Shown: one piece after another, positions 24,769-38,479 of the stretch
Layout: every line of letters begins with the position of its first letter
Position numbering within the stretch: the first letter of the stretch is position 1
DNA from: Eledone cirrhosa
Lineage: Eukaryota
Length of the DNA: 64,000 nucleotides
NCBI GenBank assembly: GCA_964016885.1
Contig: OZ024751.1
Coordinates: 21,762,001 to 21,826,000, forward strand
Direction of reading: 5' to 3'
Notes under the pieces: generated by a model
The model's input: the letters and a program-made list of their open reading frames with translations, nothing else
Told to the model about the DNA's origin: nothing
The model's database searches: none
Translations under genes and position numbers: made by a program

Positions 24769-25449
24769 CACGTGTATATGTATATACATGTGTCCATATG
24801 TGTATACATATTTGTATATATATATCTATATATATATATACACATGTATATATATATTTTTTTTTTTTATATATATACACACATGTATATGTATAAACAT
24901 GTGTGCATATTTGTATATAAATATATATATATAATATATATATTTATTGAAAAAAAAATTGATTAGATCCTAGAGGAAGCAGACCTGACCACAATGGTGG
25001 TGCTGATTTATATTTTTTGTTTTTGTTTAATTTTTGTAAAGATTTCCTTTAGTTACAACCATCCAATATAAAAAAAAAACTTAGGTATGCATGTGGCTGT
25101 CCAAAAATTATATGATGATGATAATGGCAGTGATGATGATGGTGATGATTGTGGAAGTGATGATGATGGTGGTGGTGGTGGTTGTGATAATGATGATGAT
25201 AATTATGGTGATGATGATGATATAGATAAGCTGCAACAGGTATGTGTTCTAAAATGAGATGGAAGAATTGACTGCTGTTGGCAATGTAGATCACATGAGG
25301 AGGTCAACAGTAACACGATAACCTCAAGAACAAGATGAAGGTGGGGATGAAACTGATGAGGCTGAAGAGGAAATTGATATGGATCCCTGATGATTTTAGA
25401 GAAAAGAAAAAGATCCAGCAGAGATGATGGAACACATCTGGATTCAATG

Positions 25450-25745
25450 GAAAAGTTGCAAGTTGCCAACATGCATAAGATGAAAAAGATGTAAGTTGCT
25501 AACATGGATAAGATGAAAAAGATGGAAGTTGCCAGCAAGGAACAGATTCAAAATATTTAATTTGCTGGCAAGGACACGATGAAAAAGATGCAAGTTACCA
25601 ACAAGGATAAAATGAAAGATGTAAGTTGCCAGCAAATAACAGATTCAAAAGATGTAAGTTGCCAACAAGGATAAGATGAAAAAGATGTGAGTTGCCAACA
25701 TGGATGAGACAGTGTTCAGTAAGTTGCCAATGTTTACAAAGATGA
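25450..25745. repeat. Degenerate ~33-bp tandem repeat immediately downstream of the CSTF3 stop
   Basis: AAGTTGCCAACATGGATAAGATGAAAAAGATG units. Confidence 0.8.
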
Positions 25746-25774
25746 AGAAACTAAGACTGGCAGGCTGGATGTCT

Positions 25775-25980
25775 TCATTTCACTCTTTTCTGTTGTCGAC
25801 TGCGATAAATGTCGTGAAGTGGTGGTTCAAGCATCTCAGCATTTTCCTCATCACTTTCCTCTCCAATCTCAGCGGTTATTTCTGCTTTCCGTTTCCTCAC
25901 ACCTGTAGCAATCTCTATCGATATTAAAGTTCCGGGATCAATCTTAGATGACTCCATTCCATTTTCTATAACAACAGGTT
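25775..25980 (-). CDS. CSTF3: CSTF3 last coding exon
   Basis: [11 protein letters not shown]...[28 protein letters not shown]. Confidence 0.94.
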
Positions 25981-28900
25981 CTGCAAAATTATAGAAAGAT
26001 AAAAAGTATATATATTGTAAAAGAAAAAAGAAAACATCTAAAGATAAAAAGATTTTTAAGAAAGGTGGAAGAAGTTAGATAATTAATTAAGTAATGAAAA
26101 GAGTAAAACAAGTAGATTTAAAATAACAGTAAAATATAAAATAGACACAGGCATGATAAAGTGGTTGAAATGTTCACTTTGGAATCAGGAGTTTCTGGGT
26201 TCTATATAGACACATATCATATATACATACACACATTCATACAAGCACATGCTCACACACATTTATACTCACACATAAGCACATGCTCACACACGCACGG
26301 ACATTATTTGAAAAAAACTATAAGCAAATGTTTTTCATTAAAAATATAATAACAGAAAAATTAATTAAATAACAAGTAAAAAACAAAAAAGATAGATGTA
26401 AAACAAATAAAAAAAGCCAGAGAAAAAGAAAAGGGTCTTCTAAGAGAAAACCCTTAACGGACCCTCTTAGAACTTACCATCTGGTAAAGTAACATTTGTT
26501 ATATGTTTGATGAACTGATCTATCTTAACAAACGGACCCTAAAATAAATGAAATATAACATAATATAAATATATTTTTAGAAAAAAAACAACAAATTTCT
26601 ACAAATTTCATACTTGACGACCCAATAATATAGCATATAACATAATATAAATATATAATATAACACATAATTTAAATATAATATATAATGGCCATGCTCA
26701 GTGTGTAGGAAACAAGTAGGCAGAAACTCCATTTTATGTCCCAAATGCAAAGTATGGGTGCATAAAAGATGTAGTGGGATCACAGGTAAGCTAACTAAGA
26801 ATATAGATTTTATATGTGGCCGGTGCTCTGGTGCAATATGTAGCAGCAAGTGCCCACATAATACTAGCTCATTCCATTGCACAGATGGTTCTATAGAAAT
26901 AGTGGACACCTTCCGTTACCTGGGTGACAAAATCAGCAGTGGGGGAGGGTGCTCTGAAAGTACAGTAGCTAGAGTCAGAACGGGATGGAAAAAGTTCAGA
27001 GAGCTTATACCACTATTGGCCGCTAAAGGGTTCTCTCTAAAAATGAAAGGCAGGCTGTATGATGCCTGCATATGAACAGCAATGTTACATGGCAGTGAGA
27101 CCTGGGCATTGTGTGCAGAGGATATACGCAGACTGGAGAGAAACGAAGCTTGCATGCTCCGCTGGATGTGTAATAGTAATATACGTGAACGGCAAAGCAT
27201 AAACGAACTAAAGGAGAAATTAGGAATAAGAGGGATCAGATGTTGTTTACTCGAGAGAAGACTACGTTGGTACGGTCACGTGATGCGCATGAAAGACGAC
27301 AGCTGTATAAAAAAGTGCAGAGCGATCAAAATATACGGAAGCTACGGAGTAGGCAGACCCAGAAAAACCTGGGACGACTTGATAAATTCCGACCTCACAC
27401 ACTTACACCTCTCCAAGACAATGTCACTGGACCGAGATCTTTGGCGCTACACAGTCATACAGAAGACCCGCCTTGCCTAAGTACAAAGTGAAACCTACAG
27501 TCAGTAGGCACCTCTAACAAAATACACCCCCGTCCCACTACCCCCACCCCATCCACACCACCCCCTTAAATGTGAAGTTATGGTGGTACCACAACATCCA
27601 GTCCGAAACAAATGAGGTCGTCTATGTGTCACGACAAAAAAAAACACACAGTCCACGCTGTAATGTGGTCGTGTAGGTAACACGGTAAAAACCTCCCAGT
27701 CCACACTGTAAACATGGTTGGTGTTAGGAAGAGCATCCAACCGTAGAAAACCCGCCAGACAGTCCTATACGAGCAGGACAACAAATCTTGCCTCAAGTGG
27801 GAAAACTCCCGTCCAAACCCATGCAAGCGTGGAAGATGGACGTTAAACGATGATGATGATGATGATGATGATGATGATATAATATAACATATAATATAAA
27901 TATAATATATAATATAGATATATAATATAAATATATAATATAACAATAATATAAGCCTGTAGGTTGAGGAAGAGAGCAAAAGGAAGAAAGGAGCACTTGC
28001 ACAACACGCTCCTTGAGTTGAGGGTTGTTCTATCGACGGGGTATTAAACAACCCATTTGTGGCGCCTCCCCCCTATTGGGGATTTCGATTGTTGAAATTG
28101 TTTGTTTTTATATTTTTTACACGACTGTATGTAAAATCCCCGGCATGTCTTTGTATTGTCCCCTTTCTTGTTGCGCCCTTGTGGCTAATAAAGAAATCAA
28201 TATATATATAATATAATATAATATATAGCAATTTGTGGGCAGAGAAAAATCAGTAATACTGACCCCAGTACATTGCTGGTACTTTATTTTATTGACCTCC
28301 CGGAAGGATGACAAGTAAAGTTGACCTTGGCAGGAAGTAATAGTTTCTGATTTAGAAAACACTTTTTGAGGAAGGGGAGAGTTGATTAAATCAACCCCAA
28401 TGTCTTACTGGTACTTTATTTTATTGACCCCGTAAGGATGAAAGGCAAAGTTAACCTCGGTGGGATTTGAGTTCAGAACGTAAAGAGTCGTAACTCTGTA
28501 CCATAAAGCATATTGGTCCTATGCTCTAACATTTCTACCAATTCACCAGCCTTCTTGGCAGGAAATAACAACAATGACAACAACAACTTACATGGAAACA
28601 ATTTGGTGGTGGCAACAAAGTAAGGAGATGGGCAGCAGCTGGTGGTGGAGGAAAAACCCCACCTGGCATCGGATGAGAACCTGAGGCTGAAGAAGAAGAA
28701 ACAAAAAAAGAAAAAAAAAATCCTATATTTTAATATCAACACAAACAGAGACAGAAGTTTTTACCTCCTCCTCCTCCTCCTCCTTCTTATCATCATCATC
28801 ACTATTTTACACCTGCCCAACCCATGCTTCCATGGGTTGGGCAGGTCTTTTTCAACATCATCCCTCCACTCATTGTGTTCCTTCATTTTTATTTATTTCC

Positions 28901-31900
28901 TATATTTAAAAATGAAAACTTAGTTGTTGTCTTATTTCTTGTAGGTGTGATATATTATTTCTGTCAGTTTGGTGTTTACCAGTAATAAACCAGTAATAAA
29001 CCAGTAATAAACCAGTAATAAACCAGTAATAAATCTCACGACAAGGTTTTGAAATACTACAATTTTTGAAATGTTTTTGCAGACCAATTGACGCAATCTA
29101 ATTACTGAGATCAACATCGTTTTCATGTCGACTTGTCTATATGGGCATGGGTGGGATAGTACTTTCTAAGGCAAAATTTTACAGCCACACACCCTTCTTG
29201 ACACCAAACCTTTTAGTTGCTTCTTATGACAGGCAGGGAGGATACAGTGTACCTATTCTAAACTGGATACATACCGTTATATATCAAACAATTAGTTATA
29301 TGGAACTGATGGCATTAGCATGCATGTATGCATGGTCCCATAACTCCTAAGGTAATAGTAAGGGGTGCCCAATCATCTCCAGGTCTGAACACAGTAAATT
29401 TCTTCTAGAGAAGGATAGAGAGGGAGAGAATGGAAGTGATAAAAAAAATATAGAAGAAAAATTGACTCCAGTACTGGACTGGTACTTTTTTTATCAACCT
29501 CAATTGGATGATAGGCAAAGTTGACTTCAGTGGGATTTGAACTCAGAGAACAGAGAGCTGAAATCAATACCACAAGGCATGGTAACTAACATTCTAACGA
29601 CTTTGTCAATTCACTGCCTAAACCATATAGTTATATATCAAACAATTAGTTATATGGAACTGGTGGCAATGGTAGGGACATGGTGTCCCTCTTCTAAACT
29701 GGATAAACATGCAAAAGTTATATATCTTAGCTTTGACTTTAATTTATTTCTAGCTGCTTGGTGTTGCTCACTCCATGGCCATATTAACCCATGGCTGGAT
29801 CCCTAGGCTTTCCAGGCATTTCAGTCCCTCACTGGAACTTTAATCTTTCACTCTACCACAACGTAACAAAAAAAAAATTGACGAGGGCTCCTTATCCCTG
29901 CAGAATCCCTAAACAACATCTCAGTTGTCAGCCTTATGAATAATATGGCTCATTGCATCCTCCATTCCCTCATCTGTTCAATTCTTGCAATCTTTTCAGA
30001 TAGTGCACCTGAGCACTGTACACAATATTTCATTATTATTATTATTATTATTAAACGTTAGCTTCACATAACATCCAAAGAAACACTAATAATTATGAAG
30101 GAAACGTGTGAAAAAATTTTAATAAACTTACGAGGTAAAAGTCTGGGTTTATAAGGCAACATTTGTTCTAAATCTGGTTTTGGATATTCAGGTCGTTTCC
30201 TGTTATCTTCTTCATCATTCCAGTTACGAGAAATACATTCACCAGAGGAAGGCATCTGAGCTACATGCATGGAAGAAAAGTTCTGAAAAAAACAAAAAAC
30301 AAAAAGAAACACAAATAAATTTCTAAAAATATATAACTTGCCAAACAGAAAGATGGGAGAACACTTTAATTCTGTCAAAGACATGAGAACCTCCCTAGTG
30401 TTGGTGACTTATATGGTAAATGTACCTAAAAACTTGACATAAGAGGAATTGGTAGAGTGTGGAACCGTATGTAAGTGAGATGTGAACCTCTGGCCTGTTT
30501 GGGTGGTCAGTAGCACCGCGTCAGTACTGACACAGTCTGTCAAGGCCTGTCCAGTTCTTGCTATCAGGGAAAGTGGATGGTAAATGATGGTGATATATAT
30601 AGATCATCATGGAAAATAGATGTTAAATCTTGATGAACATTAACTGAAAAGTAGCAAAATTAAACTTAATTTTTTTCTTTAAATGGAATTCTGACACTTA
30701 CTCTGTATCCTAAAGCCTTCAACTCCATCTGGGAACAGGGATAAAGGTCCATGTATTTATAACGGTCAATCAACAGGGCTGTTTCTTTACCTTCAAACTC
30801 TTGTAACTGAAATTATAAAATTAAAAGAATGTCAACATTGTATAAGTGTGAACATTGGGTGTGTGAGAGTCTTTGTGTGTGTGTGAGTGTGACAATGCGT
30901 GTGTGTGTGCGTGTGTGTGTATGTGAATCTGTGTGGGTGTGGGTGTGCTTACTATGAAAATGATATGAACTCTTGACAGTCAATAACCCAACTCTTTTGA
31001 TACAAAACTGGCTGAAACTGCCTCTGGGTTTTACAATACAAAAATTTGTTTGAAAATGTTCATATTTGAATTTAAACTTCCCATAATAATTTTATGTAAG
31101 AAAATATTATATTATGTTTTTAAACACCAGCTATGATATAATCTTGATAACGTTTCTAGAAGAAATGAGATTCACAAGAATCCTTGATAAAAGGAAGAAT
31201 TTTAGGGAACAATGTTTATAAATACCTGGTTTGTAGCTGTGGCTCTTCTCTTCTCTACTTTTAGAATACTGGATAAGTCTCCAACTTCGGACTCAAAAGA
31301 CAAGAACCGACTCCAGATTTCACTGTTGAGAAAAACAGGAAAAACATTTGCTTGAAATTTATTATACAATGCCCCCAGCATGGCTGCAGTCTAATGACTG
31401 AAGCTAGTAAAAGAATATAAGTATTCACTTCCCTGACATTTGTGTATTATTCTATGTACTATACATGCACCTTTGACAAGTTGTAGTGCACCTGAGCACT
31501 TTACACAATAATTTCATTATATCAATACATTTATATATAAGAAAGAGAGAAGATGAGGAGGGGGTGGTATACAGAATAATTCTTACCTGGATCTTTCTGG
31601 AGGGATTTGGCCTGATGACAAAACTCTTTCATACAACACTCGAGTATTGTTGTCCTCTGTAAATAGAAGGGAAATTAAATTTACAAGAAACATTCAAAAA
31701 TTAAAAGAAAACAGTACAGCTCCCATGACTTTCAGAAACATTTTTTTCATGCTCAGAGTTGCTGAAGCATGGAACAAACTACCTGCATCAGTTATTAGCT
31801 GTTGAGACACTGCATCCTTTAAAACCTCCATGCTTCCTGAGATTCACCAACACTATACCTGACATCCCTCCCTCCATACACACGCACACATGTATTTAAC

Positions 31901-34900
31901 GACTCGTACACTGTTCATTTTCCTGACATTTGTACATTATTCTATGTACTATACATGCACCTTTGATGAGTTGTAGTGTACCTGAGCACTGTACACAATA
32001 ATTTCATTATTATTATTATTATATAAACAAACAGATGGGCAGACTGACAGACAGACAAACAGATGGACGAACAAACTCACAGACAGGGGCAAAGAATAAA
32101 TATAATCATAATTTCAATAAATTCCATTAATTACCATTTAAATGTGACATAAAATCTACGTAGCCAAGAACATAATCTGGAATCTCTCCATATTTCTTCA
32201 AACCTAGTTCAAAGATCCTCAGAGCTACAGTTTTTTCCTGTAAATAAAAATAATAGATAATGATGGTGGTGGGGGTGATGGTATGGTGATAATAATGATG
32301 GTGGTGCTAGTGATGATGGTATAGTGGTATGTTGATGATGGTATGGTGATGGTGATGTTGGTGGTAGTGATGATGGTATGGTGTTGGTGGTGGTAGTGAT
32401 AATGGTCTTGATGGTATAGTAGTGGTGGTGGTAGTCATGTCAATATGGTAGTGATGATGTGGTGGTGATGGTGGTAGTGATAATGGGTATGGTGATGGTA
32501 GTGGTGATAGTATGGTGGTAGTGATGATGACAATATTATATAGAAACAGACCTTGCTACAATAGTATTCTGTTAGTGCAGCTGACACATAAACATGGAAG
32601 CGGGTTCGAGTATCATCACGGGCCATCTTAAAGACAAGGCGGGCAGCTTTAATTCCTTCTGCTCTTCGAGCAAACTTCATGTACTGAATATAGGCCTAGT
32701 TAAAACAAAAAACAAAGATGTTAGAAAAATAAAACTCTTTTTTTTTGTTGCTTTTTTTTATTGTTATTGTTTTATTGTTTTTTTTTTGTTTTTTTACATA
32801 ACTTAACCCTTTAATGTTCAAACCGCCCAGAATTCTCTACCTCTTTCTGTTGAAACTGGCTATAACTGGTCGCTCAAACTGATATTAAGGTATTGTTCTC
32901 AAAATAAATACTTTCAAAATCTCATAGATTCGATATTATTTGAGATATTATGTTGAGGTAAAGAAGCCTTTACTGTGAAAATATAATAGTATTTATAGAG
33001 TAATCATCATCATCATCATCATTTCATTTTACGTCCGCTTTTCCCTGCTTGCAAGGGTGGGACGGGAACTGATTCTGGCTTGATTTCTACAGCTGGATGC
33101 CCTTCCTAACACCAACCTCATTTACAGTGAGTGCTGGGTGCTTTTTTGCCGTGGCACCTCCACGACCACTTTGCAGTGGAATGATAGGGACCCCAGACCC
33201 TATCATCTCATTTCTACAGCTGAGTAAACTGGAGCAATGTGAAATAAAGTGTCTTGCTCAAGGAAACAACACATCACCCGGTCTGAGAATTGAACTCACA
33301 ACCTTTCGATTGCAAGGTCAATGCTCTAACCACTAAGCCATGTGCCTCCAGTAATGTGAATGCTAAAGGGTTAAAAGGCAGTGAATTGGCAGAGTGATTA
33401 GAATGCTTTGCAATATTTGTTCCAGCTCTTAGCGCTCTGAGTTCAAATCCTGCCATGGTCAACTTTACCTTCCATCTTTTTGTGCTCAATAAAACAAGAA
33501 AATGTACCAGTGTAGTACTGAGGTTGATTCTTCCTCTATATCTCTCTATCACTCCCCCCTCTCTCTCATGGTAACATGATAGTACTCAAGCCTCTATCAT
33601 TACCACTTAACATTCTAAAATGATTTAGCAGAAATTATCTAAAAAAAAAAACAGGTTTGCTAATTCAAATGTTTATAGTATCTTTACAAGTAGACAGATA
33701 ATTTTGAAAATGTGTAGTATTAAAGTAGAGACGACCTTCCTTTTTTTTAATCATAGTGCTGTTTTGTACCTTTCAAGAATGCCTTGCTAATGCAGTTTTA
33801 TGTGGTAAAAGATGTTAAGGGTTAAAACACCCCAAAAGACCTCCTATGAGATACAATTACATAGAAGGCCAGCTAAACCTATGTATGTGTGAACTGAAAC
33901 AACAATTATACAAGATATGGAAAAATGTATAATCTGAAACAACAGACAAGAGTATAAAACAGAGGGAATCTTACTAGTGTGGGGTCAATTTCTTGTATAG
34001 CCAGCAGACGTTTGTAAATGGAGTGAACCTTATCATTTTTCATTCGACTCTGAAAGGAAAATATAAATGAAAGAAATTACACTTGAATAATAATTTAAAA
34101 TTTTAACACTTTTGTTACAATATTTCTAATGAAAGTCACTACCTATGATTTTAAAATAATTTTGAAAATAATCAAAAATATCAAGGCTAACTTTCTCATT
34201 ATTAAGCCAGCATTTGGAGCATAACTTAACAAAAGTTCTTACAGAAAATTATGACAGAAGGATTTATGATAAATATAAACACTTTAAAATAAACAGCTTC
34301 ATATCATATCATAAAACCAGAGTTGGTTATTTCTAGCAAGTTGGGTGACCACATAGAGGTTCCTTCTTTGATTTAGATAACATTTTATGCAGTGTAGGAA
34401 TGGCATTTGTAGCTTTCTCAGAGAGGGAGAACAACAATCATGTTATAGTTATGGTGAGTTTCTCAGGTCAGCCCTGATTTCAGTAAAGTTGGTGAGGGGG
34501 TGAAATGACAGAGATTTGACTGCTATTTCTAGAAGAATAAGAGAAGGTTTTCACAGAAAGGCTTATAAATTATAGTTTTACAAACACAAAACTTATCTTA
34601 GATTTTCAACAAAGGTTCTTACATAAAATTATGAAGGAAGGTTTTAATCTAAATATGAACACTTTAAAATGATCAGTTGGCAGTTCTGTATAATTAGAAT
34701 AAGGATAGTTTGGTCTCAAGAGAGTTGAAAAGAATAAAATTATTTGGAAAGTACCTCTTCAAAATCTGCATAAGCAAAATACAGCAACATGTTTGTCTTC
34801 AACAGTGTGGTGATTGCTCGCTCATAAATAGCAGCAGCTTCATCAGCAAAGATTTTACCAGCATTTTGGTCCTGAAATTAAAATCACAAAAAAAAAAAAG

Positions 34901-37900
34901 AGAACATTTTATTATTAGTAGTAATAGTAGTTAGGGCTATGGATTAGCAGTATTAGAGTTTAGCTTAGAGGTTAGCTTTACCTTTCATTCTTCCAGGGTC
35001 AATAAAACAAAGTACCAGTAATGCACTGGAGTCAATTTAAATCGACTTTCCCCTTTCCCAAAATTGTTGACCTTGTGCCTAAATCAGAAACCATTATTTA
35101 ATTTATTGTATGTAGGTTGCTCTGAATCACCCAACGAGGTTGCTTCTGCTATTTTGTGAGATGTGTGGGAATGGGTTTTTTATTGTTGTTATATTGCTCT
35201 ATATTGTTATTGTAATTTATTATCTACTTTTTATGTGTCAATATTGTTTGGTTGATCTCACCCTTTCCCCTCAAGTCATGACAGACCAAGTCAATACTTA
35301 GTCGGAGCCACTGACCTCACAGATGGACAAGGGACCAGTATCTCACTTATATATGTTCCCTTTCTCAACCACTAGGGAGGCTGTCATATCTTTGACACAA
35401 CTGAAGAGTTCGCCTGGCCCTTTCTTTGGAAAGGTTTTAGATAGTGAGATACTTTTCTTATCATGAACCACTTTAAAAGAAGTTTAGCCAAAAATAAAAA
35501 CTTACCCCTTTTTCTGTGAGTAGCTTGCTGCTTTGCTCAAGAAAAGATGCAGCTTCATACCAAATATCTGGGTGATGGCCAAGGCACAAAAGGCACTGCT
35601 CATATGCAAACATCACTGATAGAATATTTCAGTTGGTTGATGTTGAAAGAGAAAGAGAGAGACAAGAAAAATAGAAAGAGTAAGAATGAGAAAGAGGAAT
35701 GGAAGAGGGGGAAAAAACACAGTAAGAGAAAATACAACAACAACATGAATAATATCAGAACGGGTTTGAACTAAGAACCTAGTAAAATAAGTCAATGACC
35801 TTGTAAATATTGGATAAATGTGTTAGTACAACTAGTTTAGAACTGAAAGTTTTCCAGTTCTTATTTCCAATCTGGTATTTTATACCTATCCAGGTGCACA
35901 TCACCCAATGACAATCAGAAATCAAAGTGATTGAAACTTAATGTAGATATAAATATTTACAAAATGTTTTCATTAATTCACATTGTCTTAAAAATTATAA
36001 TCTTATTGATAACTTATATGAGAGATGTGTTTTTGTTTGTTGCAACCAATAAATAGTATCAGCAATTATTGTTTCCTTGGTCTGATTTAATGAGTTCCAT
36101 CCTACTTGGTGAACGAATGAGGTCTTGCTAATGAGATTTCATGTGGTACAGAACATAAAGAGTTAATTAAGAGATATGACTTTATAGTAGACAACTCACC
36201 ACGCCTTGTAATTAATGCATGATCTTCAGTCCGTAAAGGGTTACTTTTCTCCCAAGCTATATAACGTTTCCAAAGTTCAACCTAAAATAAGGGGGAAAAA
36301 ATAAAACAGAATAAAATAACATTTTTTTTAAATACACTACAGCATTGACTATATATGTATCTGGTTTTGAATAGGTACACCATTTCCCTGCTAATGCCAT
36401 CAGTTCCATATAATTAATTGTTTGATATATAACTGTGTGTATCTGGTTTAATATAGTTACACTGTATCCCTGCATCTTGTAAACAGTTACTGAAAGGGTT
36501 GGTGTCAGAAAAGACATCCGGCTGTAAAACATTGCCTCAAAAAGTCCTGTCCAACCCATGTCAGTAATGAAAGCTAAAAGAAAGTAAAAATGATGATGAT
36601 GATGATAAATGAGTAAATGTAGCAAGCATTTTTCAGGCCTTCCTGCTAAAGTAGGAGTTAGCCATGCAGGGTACATGACAAACTTCCCCATACGCATCAT
36701 AGGTTCCTTTCTGAGGTATTGCCATTCCTAGAGCCACTCAGTGATATGGTGTGCCTATTCTAAACTGGGTACATACAGCAATAAAATATAGAGTTAGTCT
36801 GAAAATATGAAATGGGTTAAAGAACTTGCCTGTTTTGCTTCATCAGGTGTATTCTGTGGGGGTACTGAGGGGGAATTCCTGTTTAACCCTCTTGTAACTG
36901 CCTCATACTCTTTGGCAACTCTTCGTGCATTCATATAGTCACGACCCCGGTCCTCTGACATCTTTTTGGCAATTAAAGGATTTATATTCTGAAATCAAAT
37001 CAAAACAAATATAAATTAATATAAATTAAATTTATAAATTAATTTTAAAAAAAATTAAAATATGTCCTCAGAAATCTCCAAAATTCTTTTGAATAAGCAA
37101 ATAATTTCAGAACACACTGTTGAATAGAAATGCTCAACCACTTATATATTAATTCACAAGTCAGACATTCAGTTGATCAAATGACTGAATGTTCATCACT
37201 AAAACTGGTGAAGGACCCATAATCTTATAAAGTTATAAAAAAAAAATAACATCAAAGCCAATGTTAGCATTGGTGGGGAGGGTTTTTGTCAAACTTGGGA
37301 ATTTCACACATCTTTATTGCAATTATTTTTAACCCTTTAAATTCTCCACGTCACTCACAAATCGTTTCATTCTTTATAAGTGTCTTCTTTTATCATCATC
37401 ATCATTATTTAAGATCTGTTTTCTCTGCTAGCAAGAGTTGAACAGGTCGTCAGCCAAACTGGGTTGGTACTCAAAGCAAAGGTACTGGCCCTACAATGGG
37501 CCAGGAGCCTGCATATCTCTTATATCCTTCCACTCTACCAAGTGCAACCCACAACAAACTTATATACAATCCCACTCATTACCAGGTGCATTTTGTTGTG
37601 TCACCAGCATTATCATGTCTTTAACAGAGCAGAAGAGATGGCACCAACGTTAGGAAGGTTGTCATGTCTTTGACACAGCTGAAAAGTCCTCTCGAACCTT
37701 TGTTGAGTAAGTTTTTCTACAGATGGATGCCCCTCCTATCACCAACCACTTTACAGAGTATATTGGGTATGTTTATCATGTAAATCACCAAAACTAGGGA
37801 GATTGGTCAAAGAGTTCTCTCAACCCTTTATGGGAGCATGCTTTTTCTCTGGCTGTATCCCCTTCCTATCACCAACACACACTTTTAACATCCCCTTCAT

Positions 37901-38439
37901 ATCACTAACACACACTTTCAACTTACCGTTTCATATTGGTTGTAGTCTTTCCACAGTAATTCAATGTTGATCATTGGATTGACAACACCTCGTTGATAGA
38001 CTTTCCTAACTGCTGTTATACGTTGGTTTTCGGCATACGACCCGACAGCTTCACTGAAATAATATAGACACAAACACAACATTTTTAACCTTTAAACTTG
38101 ATTGAGAACATTGTATTGCATGAACACATGCTTTTAACTCCTGCTAGAGTAATGGGGGTGGGGGGTAGGGGGGGGGGTATAATACGATATACAGTATTGT
38201 GGGCATTTTATAACCTGGTAGAACCCATCCCTCTCCAGAGAAAGAGAGATGGGATGAGAAAAAAAAGAGAGAAGGGAGAGAAAGAGATATAGTAGAATCA
38301 ACTCCAGTACTAGACTGGTACTTGAAAGGATGAAATGCAAAATTGACCTCAGTGAATCGAAACAAATACGCTGAAATGTTCTATTTTACATTCTAAAGAT
38401 TATGCCAGTGCACCACCTTAATATTGAGTTATCTAAATG

Positions 38440-38479
<40 letters not shown>

